A stretch of DNA of 64,000 nucleotides. Source: an uncultured Oscillospiraceae bacterium (lineage in GTDB: Bacteria > Bacillota > Clostridia > Oscillospirales > Ruminococcaceae). This document shows, in pieces, positions 37,073 through 46,824 of this stretch (position 1 is the stretch's first letter; every line of letters begins with the position of its first letter). The notes beneath the pieces are model-generated. The model was not told the origin of the DNA. It saw only the letters and a list, made by a program, of their open reading frames with translations, and did not search any database. The translations under genes and the position numbers were made by a program. Location: assembly GCA_934448295.1 (NCBI GenBank), contig CAKSEY010000004.1, forward strand, positions 71,003 to 135,002. Direction: 5' to 3'.

Positions 37073-38371
37073 TCAGCCCTCTTTGCGTACCCTGATGGAG
37101 TTTGCGTGCGCGGTAAGCTTTTCGCGCTCCGCAATGAGAATGATGTCGTCAGCCGCGTCAAGCAGTGCGTCCTTGGTGTAGCAGATATAGCTGGAGCGCT
37201 TAACGAAGCTGTCCACGCCGAGCGGTGAGAAAAATCTCGCCGTGCCGCTGGTCGGAAGGACGTGGTTCGGCCCTGCATAATAGTCGCCGAGGGGCTCCGG
37301 TGAATACTGCCCGAGGAACAGCGAACCAACGTTGTCTATCTTGCCGATGTACTCGGTCGGGTTCTCTGCAACGACTTCCATGTGCTCGGGAGCAAGCTTG
37401 TTTGCAAGCTCGATGGCGTAGTCCTTGTCCTCGCTGACTATGATAGCGCCGTAGTTGGTCATGGAATAATCAATGATGTCCTTTCTGGACAGGTAAGCGG
37501 ACTGGCGCTCGATCTCCGCCTGTGTTCTTACCGCGATATCCATGCTGGTGGTTATCATGATGGCGCTTGCCAGCTTGTCGTGCTCCGCCTGGGACATAAG
37601 GTCGGCGGCGAGGTAAACAGGGTTTGCCGTCTCGTCTGCGAATACAAGAATCTCGCTGGGACCTGCGAACATATCAATGTCAACCGTTCCGTAAAGCAGC
37701 TTCTTGGCAGTGGCTACGAAAATATTGCCCGGGCCGACTATCTTGGAAACTCTCGGTATCTCCTCGGTTCCGTAGGCGAGGGCGGCAACAGCCTGTGCGC
37801 CGCCTGCAAGGTAGATCTTATCGACTCCGCAGAGAGCGGCGGCAACCAGAATATCCTTGTTCGCCGTGCCGTCCTTGAGGGGCGGAGTTACCATGATTAT
37901 CTCCTTTACGCCCGCTATCTTTGCGGGAATAGCGTTCATCAGCACCGAGGAGGGATAAGCCGCCGTGCCGCCGGGAACGTACAGCCCCACGCGGTCAAGC
38001 CCCCTTACGCGCTGACCCATGATAACGCCGTTTTCCTCGGTTACGCAGAAGCCCTCGCGCTTCTGTCTGTTGTGGAACGCAGTTATGTTCTCCACTGCGT
38101 TCAGCATTGCGTTGACGAAATCCGGGCTTTTCTCGTTAGCCTCGGTGAGCGCGTCCTGTATAGCCTCGTCAGGAACTCTGTAATACTGCGCGTTGGGACA
38201 GTCGAACTTCGCAGTGTAGCTCTTTACCGCTGCGTCGCCGTTTTCCTTTACGTCCGCGAGAATAGCACGGACGGTCTTTTCAACGTCCGCATTAACCTGA
38301 CCTGCGCGCTTTTCAACTTCCGCGAGGAACTGCTTTTCCTCGCCGTCAGCCTTGATTATCCTTATCATCAC
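37073..38371 (-). CDS. hisD: Histidinol dehydrogenase
   Basis: 432-aa HisD with conserved AGPSE and QAEHD-type motifs. Confidence 0.95.
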   Translation of the reverse strand: MMIRIIKADGEEKQFLAEVEKRAGQVNADVEKTVRAILADVKENGDAAVKSYTAKFDCPNAQYYRVPDEAIQDALTEANEKSPDFVNAMLNAVENITAFHNRQKREGFCVTEENGVIMGQRVRGLDRVGLYVPGGTAAYPSSVLMNAIPAKIAGVKEIIMVTPPLKDGTANKDILVAAALCGVDKIYLAGGAQAVAALAYGTEEIPRVSKIVGPGNIFVATAKKLLYGTVDIDMFAGPSEILVFADETANPVYLAADLMSQAEHDKLASAIMITTSMDIAVRTQAEIERQSAYLSRKDIIDYSMTNYGAIIVSEDKDYAIELANKLAPEHMEVVAENPTEYIGKIDNVGSLFLGQYSPEPLGDYYAGPNHVLPTSGTARFFSPLGVDSFVKRSSYICYTKDALLDAADDIILIAEREKLTAHANSIRVRKEG

Positions 38372-39000
38372 AAATTCTCCTCTATCTGCTTAACTATTTC
38401 AGCGATACGCTGCTGCTTGAGCTTCATACTTACTGTGTTCACGATAAGTCTTGCGGAAATGGGAGCTACGTCCTCCCAGACCTCCAGACCGTTTTCCTTA
38501 AGGGTGGTTCCGGTTTCGACTATATCCACGATTCCGTCCGCCAGCCCCACCAGCGGAGCCAGCTCAACGGAGCCCTCTATCTTCACAATGTCAACGTCCA
38601 TGCCCTTGTTTTCAAAGAAGCTGCGGGTTACCTCAGGGTATTTTGTGGCGACTGTCTTGACGCCGTAGCCCTCGTAGAAATTGCCGCCTTTCTTTCCAGC
38701 AAGCGCAAATTTGCACCTGCCGAAGCCCAGGTCGCTTATCTCGAAGAACTTCCCACCGTGCTCCATTATGGTGTCCTTGCCGACAACTCCGATATCGCAC
38801 ACCCCGTGCTCAACATATGTAATTACGTCCGCAGCCTTTGCAAGAACTACCTCAATATTCTCGCCGGGTATGGAAAGAATCAGACGTCTGCCCTTTTCGC
38901 GCAGCTCGGTGACGTCGTAGCCTATCCTGTCCAGCAGGTCAACGGTTTTCTGCTCCAGCCTGCCCTTGGTGAGCGCGATCCTGATGGTCTTGTTCTTCAT
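38368..39000 (-). CDS. hisG: ATP phosphoribosyltransferase, short form
   Basis: 210-aa HisG(S) with N-terminus MKNKTIRIALTKGRL. Overlaps hisD by 4 nt. Confidence 0.95.
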   Translation of the reverse strand: MKNKTIRIALTKGRLEQKTVDLLDRIGYDVTELREKGRRLILSIPGENIEVVLAKAADVITYVEHGVCDIGVVGKDTIMEHGGKFFEISDLGFGRCKFALAGKKGGNFYEGYGVKTVATKYPEVTRSFFENKGMDVDIVKIEGSVELAPLVGLADGIVDIVETGTTLKENGLEVWEDVAPISARLIVNTVSMKLKQQRIAEIVKQIEENL

Positions 39001-39002
39001 GC

Positions 39003-40199
39003 TCAGACCTCCTTTACGGTAACAGCGGAATTTCTGCCGACTATATCTATCCGTTTTATTCCGTGCTGTTTTGCGTAATTCCCGGCTTCCTCAACTGTTG
39101 AGAACAGCGAGTTGAACACGGTGAGCCCGGCGTCTATCAGCTCTCGGCAGTGATTCAGCGCAGAAATTTCGCAGCCCGGCTCGCTGAATACCAGAACGTC
39201 TGCCGGCTTTGTGAGCGGCGAGGAAGTATTTTTCAGGAACACCTTTGCCGCCGCCTCGACATTTACTGCGAATCCTACCGCCGCCGCATTCCTGCCGAAG
39301 CCGCCCAGCAGCGTGTCGTAACGTCCGCCGGAAAGCACCGGAAGCCCGTACCCCTCGACATAGCCGCGGAACAGGATTCCCGTGTAATAATTCTTCTTGT
39401 GGGCAAGACCGAGGTCTACCTTTATCTTGCCGGAATAGCCCATGGAGCAGAGCGCCTCGTATGTAGCGTGCAGGCTGCTCAGCTTGGTGCGTAGCTCCTT
39501 GCTGTACATATACTTCTCAGCCGCCGCGAACACTTCGCTTTCGCCGAACAGCGACGGAAGCGCCTTTACAGCCTCCGCAGCGCTGCCGGAAATTCCCTCC
39601 AGCGCTTCGTTCAGCGCGGGGTAATTCTTGCTTTCTATAAGCGCGTGTATCTCCTCGGACTGCTCTTCAGGGAGGTTCAGGTCGTCAACCACGGTGCGGA
39701 AAATTCCGCTTTCGCCTATTTCAAGGCGGAAATCCTCATCGACTGCAAACAGCGCCTGCGCCGCCAGCGAAAGCGCCTCGTAATCAGCCGCCGTGGTTTC
39801 GCCGCCGAGTATCTCGATTCCGCTCTGGGTGAACTCGTCGTCCCTGCCGCTGTTCTTGGGATTCACCATGAATATGCTCTGATTGTAGTAGAGCTTCAGC
39901 GGGAGCGGCTCCTTACTGAGCCGGGTCGCCGCCAGACGCGCGATAGGCATTGTATTATCCGGACGGAGCACCATCAGGCGGTTTTTGCCGTCCACCAGCT
40001 TGTACATAGTTTCCTGCGGGAAATAACGCACCTTGCCGCCGAATACATCATAGAATTCCAGCCCCGGGGTCAGCACCTCGGAATAGCCGTACGCCGTAAA
40101 TATCTTTCTCAGTTTTTCCTGTATGCTGCGCTTGGCGATACACTCGTCAAAAAGCAGATCCCTGGTTCCCTCCGGGGTGAGCAGATCGTATCTTTTCAC
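39003..40199 (-). CDS. hisZ: ATP phosphoribosyltransferase regulatory subunit (HisRS paralogue)
   Basis: Class II aaRS-like core without an anticodon-binding domain, upstream of short-form hisG. GTG start with GGAGGAGAAGG RBS. Confidence 0.9.
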   Translation of the reverse strand: MKRYDLLTPEGTRDLLFDECIAKRSIQEKLRKIFTAYGYSEVLTPGLEFYDVFGGKVRYFPQETMYKLVDGKNRLMVLRPDNTMPIARLAATRLSKEPLPLKLYYNQSIFMVNPKNSGRDDEFTQSGIEILGGETTAADYEALSLAAQALFAVDEDFRLEIGESGIFRTVVDDLNLPEEQSEEIHALIESKNYPALNEALEGISGSAAEAVKALPSLFGESEVFAAAEKYMYSKELRTKLSSLHATYEALCSMGYSGKIKVDLGLAHKKNYYTGILFRGYVEGYGLPVLSGGRYDTLLGGFGRNAAAVGFAVNVEAAAKVFLKNTSSPLTKPADVLVFSEPGCEISALNHCRELIDAGLTVFNSLFSTVEEAGNYAKQHGIKRIDIVGRNSAVTVKEV

Positions 40200-40245
40200 T
40201 TTCCTTCTCCTCCGCTTTAGTGTGGTAGTGTGATATCATGCTACT

Positions 40246-40274
40246 AGTATAACACAAAACAGCGGTATTGTCAA
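40246..40274 (-). promoter_or_regulatory. Sigma-A promoter of the his operon
   Basis: TTGACA-17 nt-TATACT on the minus strand, ~45 nt upstream of the hisZ GTG. The leader is too short for a T-box or attenuator. Confidence 0.55.
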
Positions 40275-40332
40275 TAAGCGGTGTATTTTTTGGCAATTTG
40301 CACAGCCGCTTTCAACAATACCGCTGAAAGAA

Positions 40333-43300
40333 TCACATATCGAACAGCGACATCTGGGCGGAATTCGGGATATCCCCGAAAACTCCCATTTCGCGCATTT
40401 TATCCATGACAGAGCTGTTTAGCCCGCTCTGCTGCTGGATATCGTCGATACACATATAATTGCCCGCGTCTATTACCTCTTTCAGCTTGAACGCCGCGTT
40501 GGAGCCGCAGCCCGCTATTGAAAGGTACGGCATACGCAGCTTTCCGTCCTCGATACGGTAGGTGGACGCCCCGGATTTCCTTGCGTCCACCGGAAGCACG
40601 CCGATACCGCGGGACATCATCTCGTTCACCAGAAGCAGCGCGTCAAGCGTTCCTTTTTCCTTGACTCCGATACTCGGCATCGCCTGGAGCTGCTTTATGC
40701 GCTCCCTGACCGCTTCCCTGCCCTGGAGCACCACGTCAAGCTCCATGTTTTCCGTGTGCTTGGTGAGCGTTGCGGCATAGAATTCGCACGGCTTGTTAAT
40801 CTTGAACCAGCACAGCTTTACCGCAGAGGTAACGTATGCCGCCGCGTGCGCCTTCGGGAACATGTACTTTATCTTCTTGCAGCTCTCAACGTACCAGTCC
40901 GGGACGTTGTTGTCCTTGAATGCCTGGTAAATCGTGTCGTCGAACAGCTTGGTCGCGTTGCCCTTTCGGGTTATCTCCATTATCTTGAACGCAAGGCTGG
41001 GCTCGACCCCCTTGTGAAGCAGGTAAACCATGATGTTGTCACGCGTTCCGATAACCTCGGAAATCGTGCAGGTGCCGTTTTTAATAAGATCCTGCGCATT
41101 GCCGAGCCATACGTCAGTGCCGTGGGACAGACCAGAGATCTGGAGCAGGTCGGAGAAGTTCCTCGGCTTTGCGTCCTGAAGCATCTGCATTGCGAACGGC
41201 GTGCCGAATTCCGGTATGCCGTAGGTCCCGCAGGGGGCAAATATATCGTCCGGAGTTACCCCCAGCGGCTCGGTGGAAATGAACAGGTCGTATATCGCAC
41301 GGTCAGTTGTGGATACGTCCGCGATCTTCATTCCGGTCATATCCTCCAGGTGCTTGTACAGGGTCGGCACATCATGTCCCAGCTCGTCAAGCTTGAGGAT
41401 AGTATCATGTAGCGCGTGGAAGTCGAAGTGCGTAGTTATCATGTCGCTGTCCGTCTTGTCCGCCGGGTGCTGAACAGGCGTGAAGTCGTAGACTTCGTAA
41501 TCGTTCGGTACAACGACCATTCCGCCCGGGTGCTGGGAGGTGGTTCTCTTTACGCCGGTGCAGCCTATGGAAATACGCTCCATCTCGGCGTTGTTGTATT
41601 CAATGCCGCGCTCCTCGCAGTACTTTTTTGCGAAGCCGTATGCGGTCTTGTCCTGAACTGCGGAGATAGTACCCGCCTTGAACACATGATCCTTACCGAA
41701 CAGCTCTTCTGTGTAGCGGTGAACCTTACCCTGCACCTCGCCGGAGAAGTTAAGGTCGATATCAGGCGCCTTGTCTCCCTTGAAGCCAAGGAACGTTTCG
41801 AACGGGATATCGTGTCCGTCGCGTATCATGTCGGTTCCGCAGACCGGGCAGTTCTTCTGCGGCAGGTCGAATCCGGAGCCGACCGAGCCGTCCGTGATGA
41901 ACTCGTTGTGGCGGCACTTGGGACAGCGGTAATGCGGCGCCAGGGGGTTGACCTCCGAGATACCGGACATTATCGCAACAAACGACGAGCCGACAGAACC
42001 ACGGGAGCCTACGAGATAGCCGTTGTCCTCGGAATATTTTACCAGCTTCTGGGCGATCATGTAAAGCACCGAGAATCCATACTTGATGATAGCGTCAAGC
42101 TCTTTCTGGAGGCGCTTTTCAACGATTTCGGGCAGATCGTCGCCGTACCACGCGTGCGCCCTCGACCAGCAGAGATCCTGAAGCTCCTGCTCCGCGCCCT
42201 CAATGGACGGCGTGTAGGTTCCCTTGGGTATCGGGCGGATATCATCTACCATATCGGCTATGGCGTTGGGGTTCGTTATCACGACCTCGCGCGCCTTTTC
42301 CTCGCCGAGATAGCTGAACTCCGCAAGCATTTCATCGGTGGTGCGCAGGAACAGCGGCGCCTGGTTGTCTGCGTCCTTGAAGCCCTGCCCCGCCTGGAGT
42401 ATCTTGCGGAAAATTCCGTCCTCCTCGTTCATGAAGTGCACGTCGCAGGTGGCAACGACCGGCTTGCCGAGCTTCTCGCCAAGGCGGACAATCTTCATGT
42501 TGAGCGCGCGGAGCCCGTCGTCGTCAGCGACTGTGCCCTCCCGCACAAGGAACCTGTTGTTCGCTATCGGCTGAATTTCCAGGTAGTCGTAGATGGAGGC
42601 TATCTTTTCGATTTCCGCCTGCGGCTTTTCGTTCAGTATCGCGCGGAAAAGCTCTCCAGCCTCGCAGGCGCTGCCGATTATCAGCCCCTCGCGGTGCTTT
42701 TCAAGCTCCGAAAGCGGAACGCGCGGCTTGCGGTAGAAATAATTCAGGTTGGAGTAAGAAATCAGCTTGTACAGGTTTTTCAGCCCGACCTGGTTCTTTG
42801 CAATGATTATCATGTGGTACATGGGCTGCTTCTTTACGTCCACGTTGCCGAGGACGCGGTTGAAATCGCCGAATTTTTCTACCGAATGTCCCTTGCAGGT
42901 CACTGTCACCATTGATACGAAAATCTTCGACAGCATTTCCGCGTCGTCTATCGCACGGTGGTGGTTGAAGTTACCCAGCTTGTACTCTTTCGCGACAGTA
43001 TCCAGCTTGTGGTTTTTGAGGTGCGGAAGCCCGGCTCTCGCAAGCTTCAATGTATCGCAGTAGCGGATATCGTACTTTATGCCGTGGCGCTCGCATACCT
43101 TCGCAATGAACGAGGTATCGAAATCCGCGTTGTGCGCCACAAGTACGCCCTTGCCGGCGAATTTTATGAAGTCCTGCACGGCGGTTTCCTCGGTGGGAGC
43201 GTCCTCCACCATTGCGTCGGTTATCCCGGTCAGCTCCGTGATATTCGCGGGTATGGGCTTTTCGGGGTTCACGAATGTCTGGAAGCGGTCTACTACCTCA

Positions 43301-44688
43301 AGATTACGGAGCTTCACCGCGCCGATTTCGGTGATACGGTCAGTATCACGGTTAAGCCCGGTGGTTTCTATATCGAAAACTATAACATCGTCGTTCAGAG
43401 AACGGTCGGTGCAGCCGGAAACCAGCGCGCCGCTGTCGTTCACGAAGTACGCTTCCATGCCGTAAAGTATCTTGAATTCGCCGCCGTTCTTGCGAATCTT
43501 TTCAACAGTGTTCATCGCCTCGGGGAATGCCTGGACGTTGCCGTGGTCTGTTATCGCGATCGCCTTGTGTCCCCACGCGAACGCCTGGTTTATCAGCTCT
43601 CCCGCCGGAGTAACCGCGTCCATATCGGACATGGTGGTATGCAGATGGAGCTCCACGCGCTTTTCCGCAGCCTTGTCCTGACGGCGCAGGGTCTTGATGG
43701 AGGCGATGGAATACGGTCTTATGTTCAGGCACTTTGCAAATGTATCGAACTCAAACTTACCGGTGACGATTATCGCCTTGCCCGCCTTGATGTAATTCTT
43801 GATAGTGCCGCTGTTTTCAGTCGGGGTGATGATTTTGAGTATCTCGGAGGAGGTGTGGTCGGAAAAATACGCCGTGAAAATGAACGTATTGCCATCGCGG
43901 GAGGTCTTTTCGTCAGTCTTGAAAACCTCGCCCCACAGCGTTACCTCGTCGCCCTCGCCGAAGCCCTCGCTCATCTTCACCGGAGCCTCGTTTATGCCCT
44001 TTCCGTAGAACAGCTCAGCCTTTTTCTCCATGCGCTCGGAATCAAAGGGAAGCATGATCTCCTTGGGTTCCTTCAGCACGGAGGCACCGCGCTTTCCGGA
44101 ATAACCGCCCTTGCCGCCCTGGAACTTCTTCTCGGGAGCTTCAGCGGGCGCGGGAGTGTAGGGCTTCACCTGCACAGGCGCTGCCTGCTCCGCCTGGCTG
44201 ACGATATCCTTTAGGTCAAGGTTTGCAACCCCGGTGAACTCCACATGAACTTTCTTCTTGAAGAAGCCGTTTATAAGGCGCTCGATTTTCTTGTCTACTT
44301 CCATCTGTAGCAGGATATCCCTGCCGCCGGAGCTCAGCGAAATCTCGCAGTTGTCGCCGTCGTCGCTTATTTCCGCGCCGTCAAGGTAGCCGTTTACCGC
44401 AGCGTGTCTGTCCTTTAGTATCTTAATTATCTCGCTGATATAGTCCGGGGTGTAGAGCGACTCGTGATAGCTCGGGAACAGCCGCATTGTTGTTCCGTCC
44501 GTTGCCGCAGATATCTTTTTTTCTGCGGTCAGGAGCTCCTCGGCGGGGCACAGCTCCTCCAGCCCGAGATTTATCAGCATCTCGGTTTTGGATTCGGTGT
44601 ATACTATTTTTAAAACGGTTCCTCCCGCGACTGTCCGGGGCAGCTCCATGCCCTCGAACAGCTCACTGAGTTTTGCAGCCATTTGCAA
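40333..44688 (-). CDS. polC: DNA polymerase III PolC-type (Gram-positive replicative polymerase with intrinsic 3'-5' exonuclease)
   Basis: 1451 aa with OB domain, PHP, DEDDh exonuclease (VVFDIETTGL) and polymerase core in PolC order. Confidence 0.95.
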   Translation of the reverse strand: MQMAAKLSELFEGMELPRTVAGGTVLKIVYTESKTEMLINLGLEELCPAEELLTAEKKISAATDGTTMRLFPSYHESLYTPDYISEIIKILKDRHAAVNGYLDGAEISDDGDNCEISLSSGGRDILLQMEVDKKIERLINGFFKKKVHVEFTGVANLDLKDIVSQAEQAAPVQVKPYTPAPAEAPEKKFQGGKGGYSGKRGASVLKEPKEIMLPFDSERMEKKAELFYGKGINEAPVKMSEGFGEGDEVTLWGEVFKTDEKTSRDGNTFIFTAYFSDHTSSEILKIITPTENSGTIKNYIKAGKAIIVTGKFEFDTFAKCLNIRPYSIASIKTLRRQDKAAEKRVELHLHTTMSDMDAVTPAGELINQAFAWGHKAIAITDHGNVQAFPEAMNTVEKIRKNGGEFKILYGMEAYFVNDSGALVSGCTDRSLNDDVIVFDIETTGLNRDTDRITEIGAVKLRNLEVVDRFQTFVNPEKPIPANITELTGITDAMVEDAPTEETAVQDFIKFAGKGVLVAHNADFDTSFIAKVCERHGIKYDIRYCDTLKLARAGLPHLKNHKLDTVAKEYKLGNFNHHRAIDDAEMLSKIFVSMVTVTCKGHSVEKFGDFNRVLGNVDVKKQPMYHMIIIAKNQVGLKNLYKLISYSNLNYFYRKPRVPLSELEKHREGLIIGSACEAGELFRAILNEKPQAEIEKIASIYDYLEIQPIANNRFLVREGTVADDDGLRALNMKIVRLGEKLGKPVVATCDVHFMNEEDGIFRKILQAGQGFKDADNQAPLFLRTTDEMLAEFSYLGEEKAREVVITNPNAIADMVDDIRPIPKGTYTPSIEGAEQELQDLCWSRAHAWYGDDLPEIVEKRLQKELDAIIKYGFSVLYMIAQKLVKYSEDNGYLVGSRGSVGSSFVAIMSGISEVNPLAPHYRCPKCRHNEFITDGSVGSGFDLPQKNCPVCGTDMIRDGHDIPFETFLGFKGDKAPDIDLNFSGEVQGKVHRYTEELFGKDHVFKAGTISAVQDKTAYGFAKKYCEERGIEYNNAEMERISIGCTGVKRTTSQHPGGMVVVPNDYEVYDFTPVQHPADKTDSDMITTHFDFHALHDTILKLDELGHDVPTLYKHLEDMTGMKIADVSTTDRAIYDLFISTEPLGVTPDDIFAPCGTYGIPEFGTPFAMQMLQDAKPRNFSDLLQISGLSHGTDVWLGNAQDLIKNGTCTISEVIGTRDNIMVYLLHKGVEPSLAFKIMEITRKGNATKLFDDTIYQAFKDNNVPDWYVESCKKIKYMFPKAHAAAYVTSAVKLCWFKINKPCEFYAATLTKHTENMELDVVLQGREAVRERIKQLQAMPSIGVKEKGTLDALLLVNEMMSRGIGVLPVDARKSGASTYRIEDGKLRMPYLSIAGCGSNAAFKLKEVIDAGNYMCIDDIQQQSGLNSSVMDKMREMGVFGDIPNSAQMSLFDM

Positions 44689-44725
44689 CTTCCTTTCAAT
44701 ATATCTTTCCTAGTCAAGTGCCGAC

Positions 44726-45760
44726 TCAGAGCAGATCGATTTCTTTCCTCAGCTCTTTAAGCAGCCTGTCCTCGGGCACCTTGCGGAGTATCTTCCCCTT
44801 TTTGAACAGGATTCCCTCGCCGTTTCCGCCGGCTATTCCAATATCAGCCTCGCGCGCTTCGCCGGGGCCGTTGACAACGCAGCCCATAACCGCGACCTTT
44901 ATAGGCTTGTCTATGTCCGCGCAGAGCTTCTCGACCTCCTCCGCAAGCGGGATAAGCGCTATTTTGGTACGTCCGCAGGTCGGGCAGGAAACGATCTGCA
45001 CCCCGCCGCCCATATCGCAGGCACGGAGAATATCCTTTGCAGCGTAGATCTCCCTGACCGGGTCGGCGGTAAGCGAAACGCGGATCGTGTCGCCTATTCC
45101 GTCGCACAGCAGCGAGCCTATTCCCACTGCGGACTTGACCAGACCCATGCGCTCCGTTCCCGCCTCGGTAACTCCAAGGTGCAGCGGGTAGTCCACCTGC
45201 TTGGCAAGCAGGCGGTACGCGGCGATCATCAGCCTGACGTCCGAGGACTTTATGCTGATAACGATATCGTCAAAATCGCAGTCGTTCAGCAGCTTCACAT
45301 GACCCAGGGCGCTTTCCACCAGCGCCTCCGGGGTGGGACTGCCGTATTTTTCAAGCAGCTTCCTTTCCAGCGAGCCAGAGTTCACGCCTATCCTTATCGG
45401 GACGTTTTTCCTGCGACAGGCGTCCGCGACTGCCTTTACCCGGTCGGTGCCGCCGATGTTCCCGGGGTTTATGCGAACCTTGTCTACGCCGGCTTCCACC
45501 GCCGCCAGCGCTATTCTGTAATCGAAATGAATGTCAGCCACCAGTGGAATGTTGACCTTATCCTTTATCGCGGGAATCAGGCGCACGTCCTCTATCGTCG
45601 GAATTGCGGCGCGGACTATCTCGCAGCCCGCTTTCTCAAGAGCCACCGCCTGCTGTACTGTTTCGTCCACCTTTTCTGCGGGAACATTCAGCATGGACTG
45701 AATGTAAATTTTCCCGTCACCGAGTGTTAAATTCCCGACCTTTACCTTTTTCTTACTCAC
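44726..45760 (-). CDS. ispG: 4-hydroxy-3-methylbut-2-enyl diphosphate synthase (flavodoxin-type)
   Basis: GcpE N-terminus KVGNLTLGDGKIYIQSM and C-terminal 4Fe-4S motifs CPTCGR and GCVVNGPGE. Confidence 0.95.
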   Translation of the reverse strand: MSKKKVKVGNLTLGDGKIYIQSMLNVPAEKVDETVQQAVALEKAGCEIVRAAIPTIEDVRLIPAIKDKVNIPLVADIHFDYRIALAAVEAGVDKVRINPGNIGGTDRVKAVADACRRKNVPIRIGVNSGSLERKLLEKYGSPTPEALVESALGHVKLLNDCDFDDIVISIKSSDVRLMIAAYRLLAKQVDYPLHLGVTEAGTERMGLVKSAVGIGSLLCDGIGDTIRVSLTADPVREIYAAKDILRACDMGGGVQIVSCPTCGRTKIALIPLAEEVEKLCADIDKPIKVAVMGCVVNGPGEAREADIGIAGGNGEGILFKKGKILRKVPEDRLLKELRKEIDLL

Positions 45761-46824
45761 TAAAATCCTCCGCTGACAAGTTTTGATATATCCCCGAATG
45801 TTACCACCAACATGAGCACCATAAGCAGCCCGAATCCCACAAGATGTACGATTCCCTCGACCTCGGGCTTCAGCGGCTTGCGGCGTATCGCCTCGATGAC
45901 CAGGAACAGGAATCGGCAGCCATCCAGCGCCGGAATGGGCAGCAGGTTGAAAACTCCGACATTCACAGTGATGAACGCGAAAAGATACATGAACGAGGCA
46001 AAGCCGTAGCTCACGCTCTTTGATACCACCGTGACGGTTCCCACGGGACCCGAAAGGTCTTTCAGCCCGTATTTTCCCTTGAACAGATCCGCCAGCGTGA
46101 ACAGTATCATGCGACTGATGGACGCGGTTTCCCTGCCGCTGTACTCCAGCACGGACAGGAAATTCCGCTCCAGCGGCAGGACATAGAAGCCGTAAATCAC
46201 ATCGCTGCTTCCGTCCTCGTTATGCTGCACCATGAACTGCACGTCATGGAGCTCAACGGTCTGACCGCCGCGTTTTACCTTGAAATCCAGCAGAAGATTT
46301 CCGTTTGTATCGGTGCGTCCGCTGTTGTTCTGGAGCTTATACTGAATGTCATACGTTGTCCAGACAGGGGTGTTCTCTATCGAAAGTATCTGGTCGCCTA
46401 CCTCAAGCTGTGCGCTGCAATAGGAGGAATCCGGAAACGCGCTCACAGTCGTTGTACCCACCGCCGACACTGAGCAAATGTAAATCAGCGCGGCGATAAA
46501 TCCCAGTATCAGATTCATGACGGGCCCCGCCAGAATAACTATCATTCTCTGCCAGACCGGCTTGCGGTTAAAGGCGCGGGGATTGTCGCTGCTGTCGCTC
46601 TCTCCCTCCATCGACACCGAGCCGCCTATCGGCAGAAGCCGTATGACATACTCAGTCTCGCCCTTTTTCTTGCGCAGGATAACAGGCCCCATGCCGAGCG
46701 CGAACTCGTTCACCTGGATTCCGCAGAGCTTTGCGGCGGTGAAATGTCCCAGCTCGTGGATTATTATAATGACACAGAATGCAAGTATTGCAATAACGAT
46801 CTGCATAAGACCTCCAAAAATCAA
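45760..46824 (-). CDS. rseP: RIP zinc metalloprotease (site-2 protease) RseP/RasP
   Basis: HELGH zinc motif in TM1, a PDZ domain and a C-terminal LDG motif. Confidence 0.9.
   Translation of the reverse strand: MIFGGLMQIVIAILAFCVIIIIHELGHFTAAKLCGIQVNEFALGMGPVILRKKKGETEYVIRLLPIGGSVSMEGESDSSDNPRAFNRKPVWQRMIVILAGPVMNLILGFIAALIYICSVSAVGTTTVSAFPDSSYCSAQLEVGDQILSIENTPVWTTYDIQYKLQNNSGRTDTNGNLLLDFKVKRGGQTVELHDVQFMVQHNEDGSSDVIYGFYVLPLERNFLSVLEYSGRETASISRMILFTLADLFKGKYGLKDLSGPVGTVTVVSKSVSYGFASFMYLFAFITVNVGVFNLLPIPALDGCRFLFLVIEAIRRKPLKPEVEGIVHLVGFGLLMVLMLVVTFGDISKLVSGGF

Noticed and set aside
40200-40332. T-box or attenuator leader for the his operon, and a polC terminator
   Set aside because: The distance from the -10 to the hisZ GTG is only ~45 nt, and no T-box core (GGGTGGNACCGCG) is present. 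A convincing stem plus U-tract for polC could not be defined.
41416-44214. Two long plus-strand ORFs (499 and 418 aa) antisense to polC
   Set aside because: PolC on the minus strand is unambiguous. The antisense ORFs have no start context or motifs.
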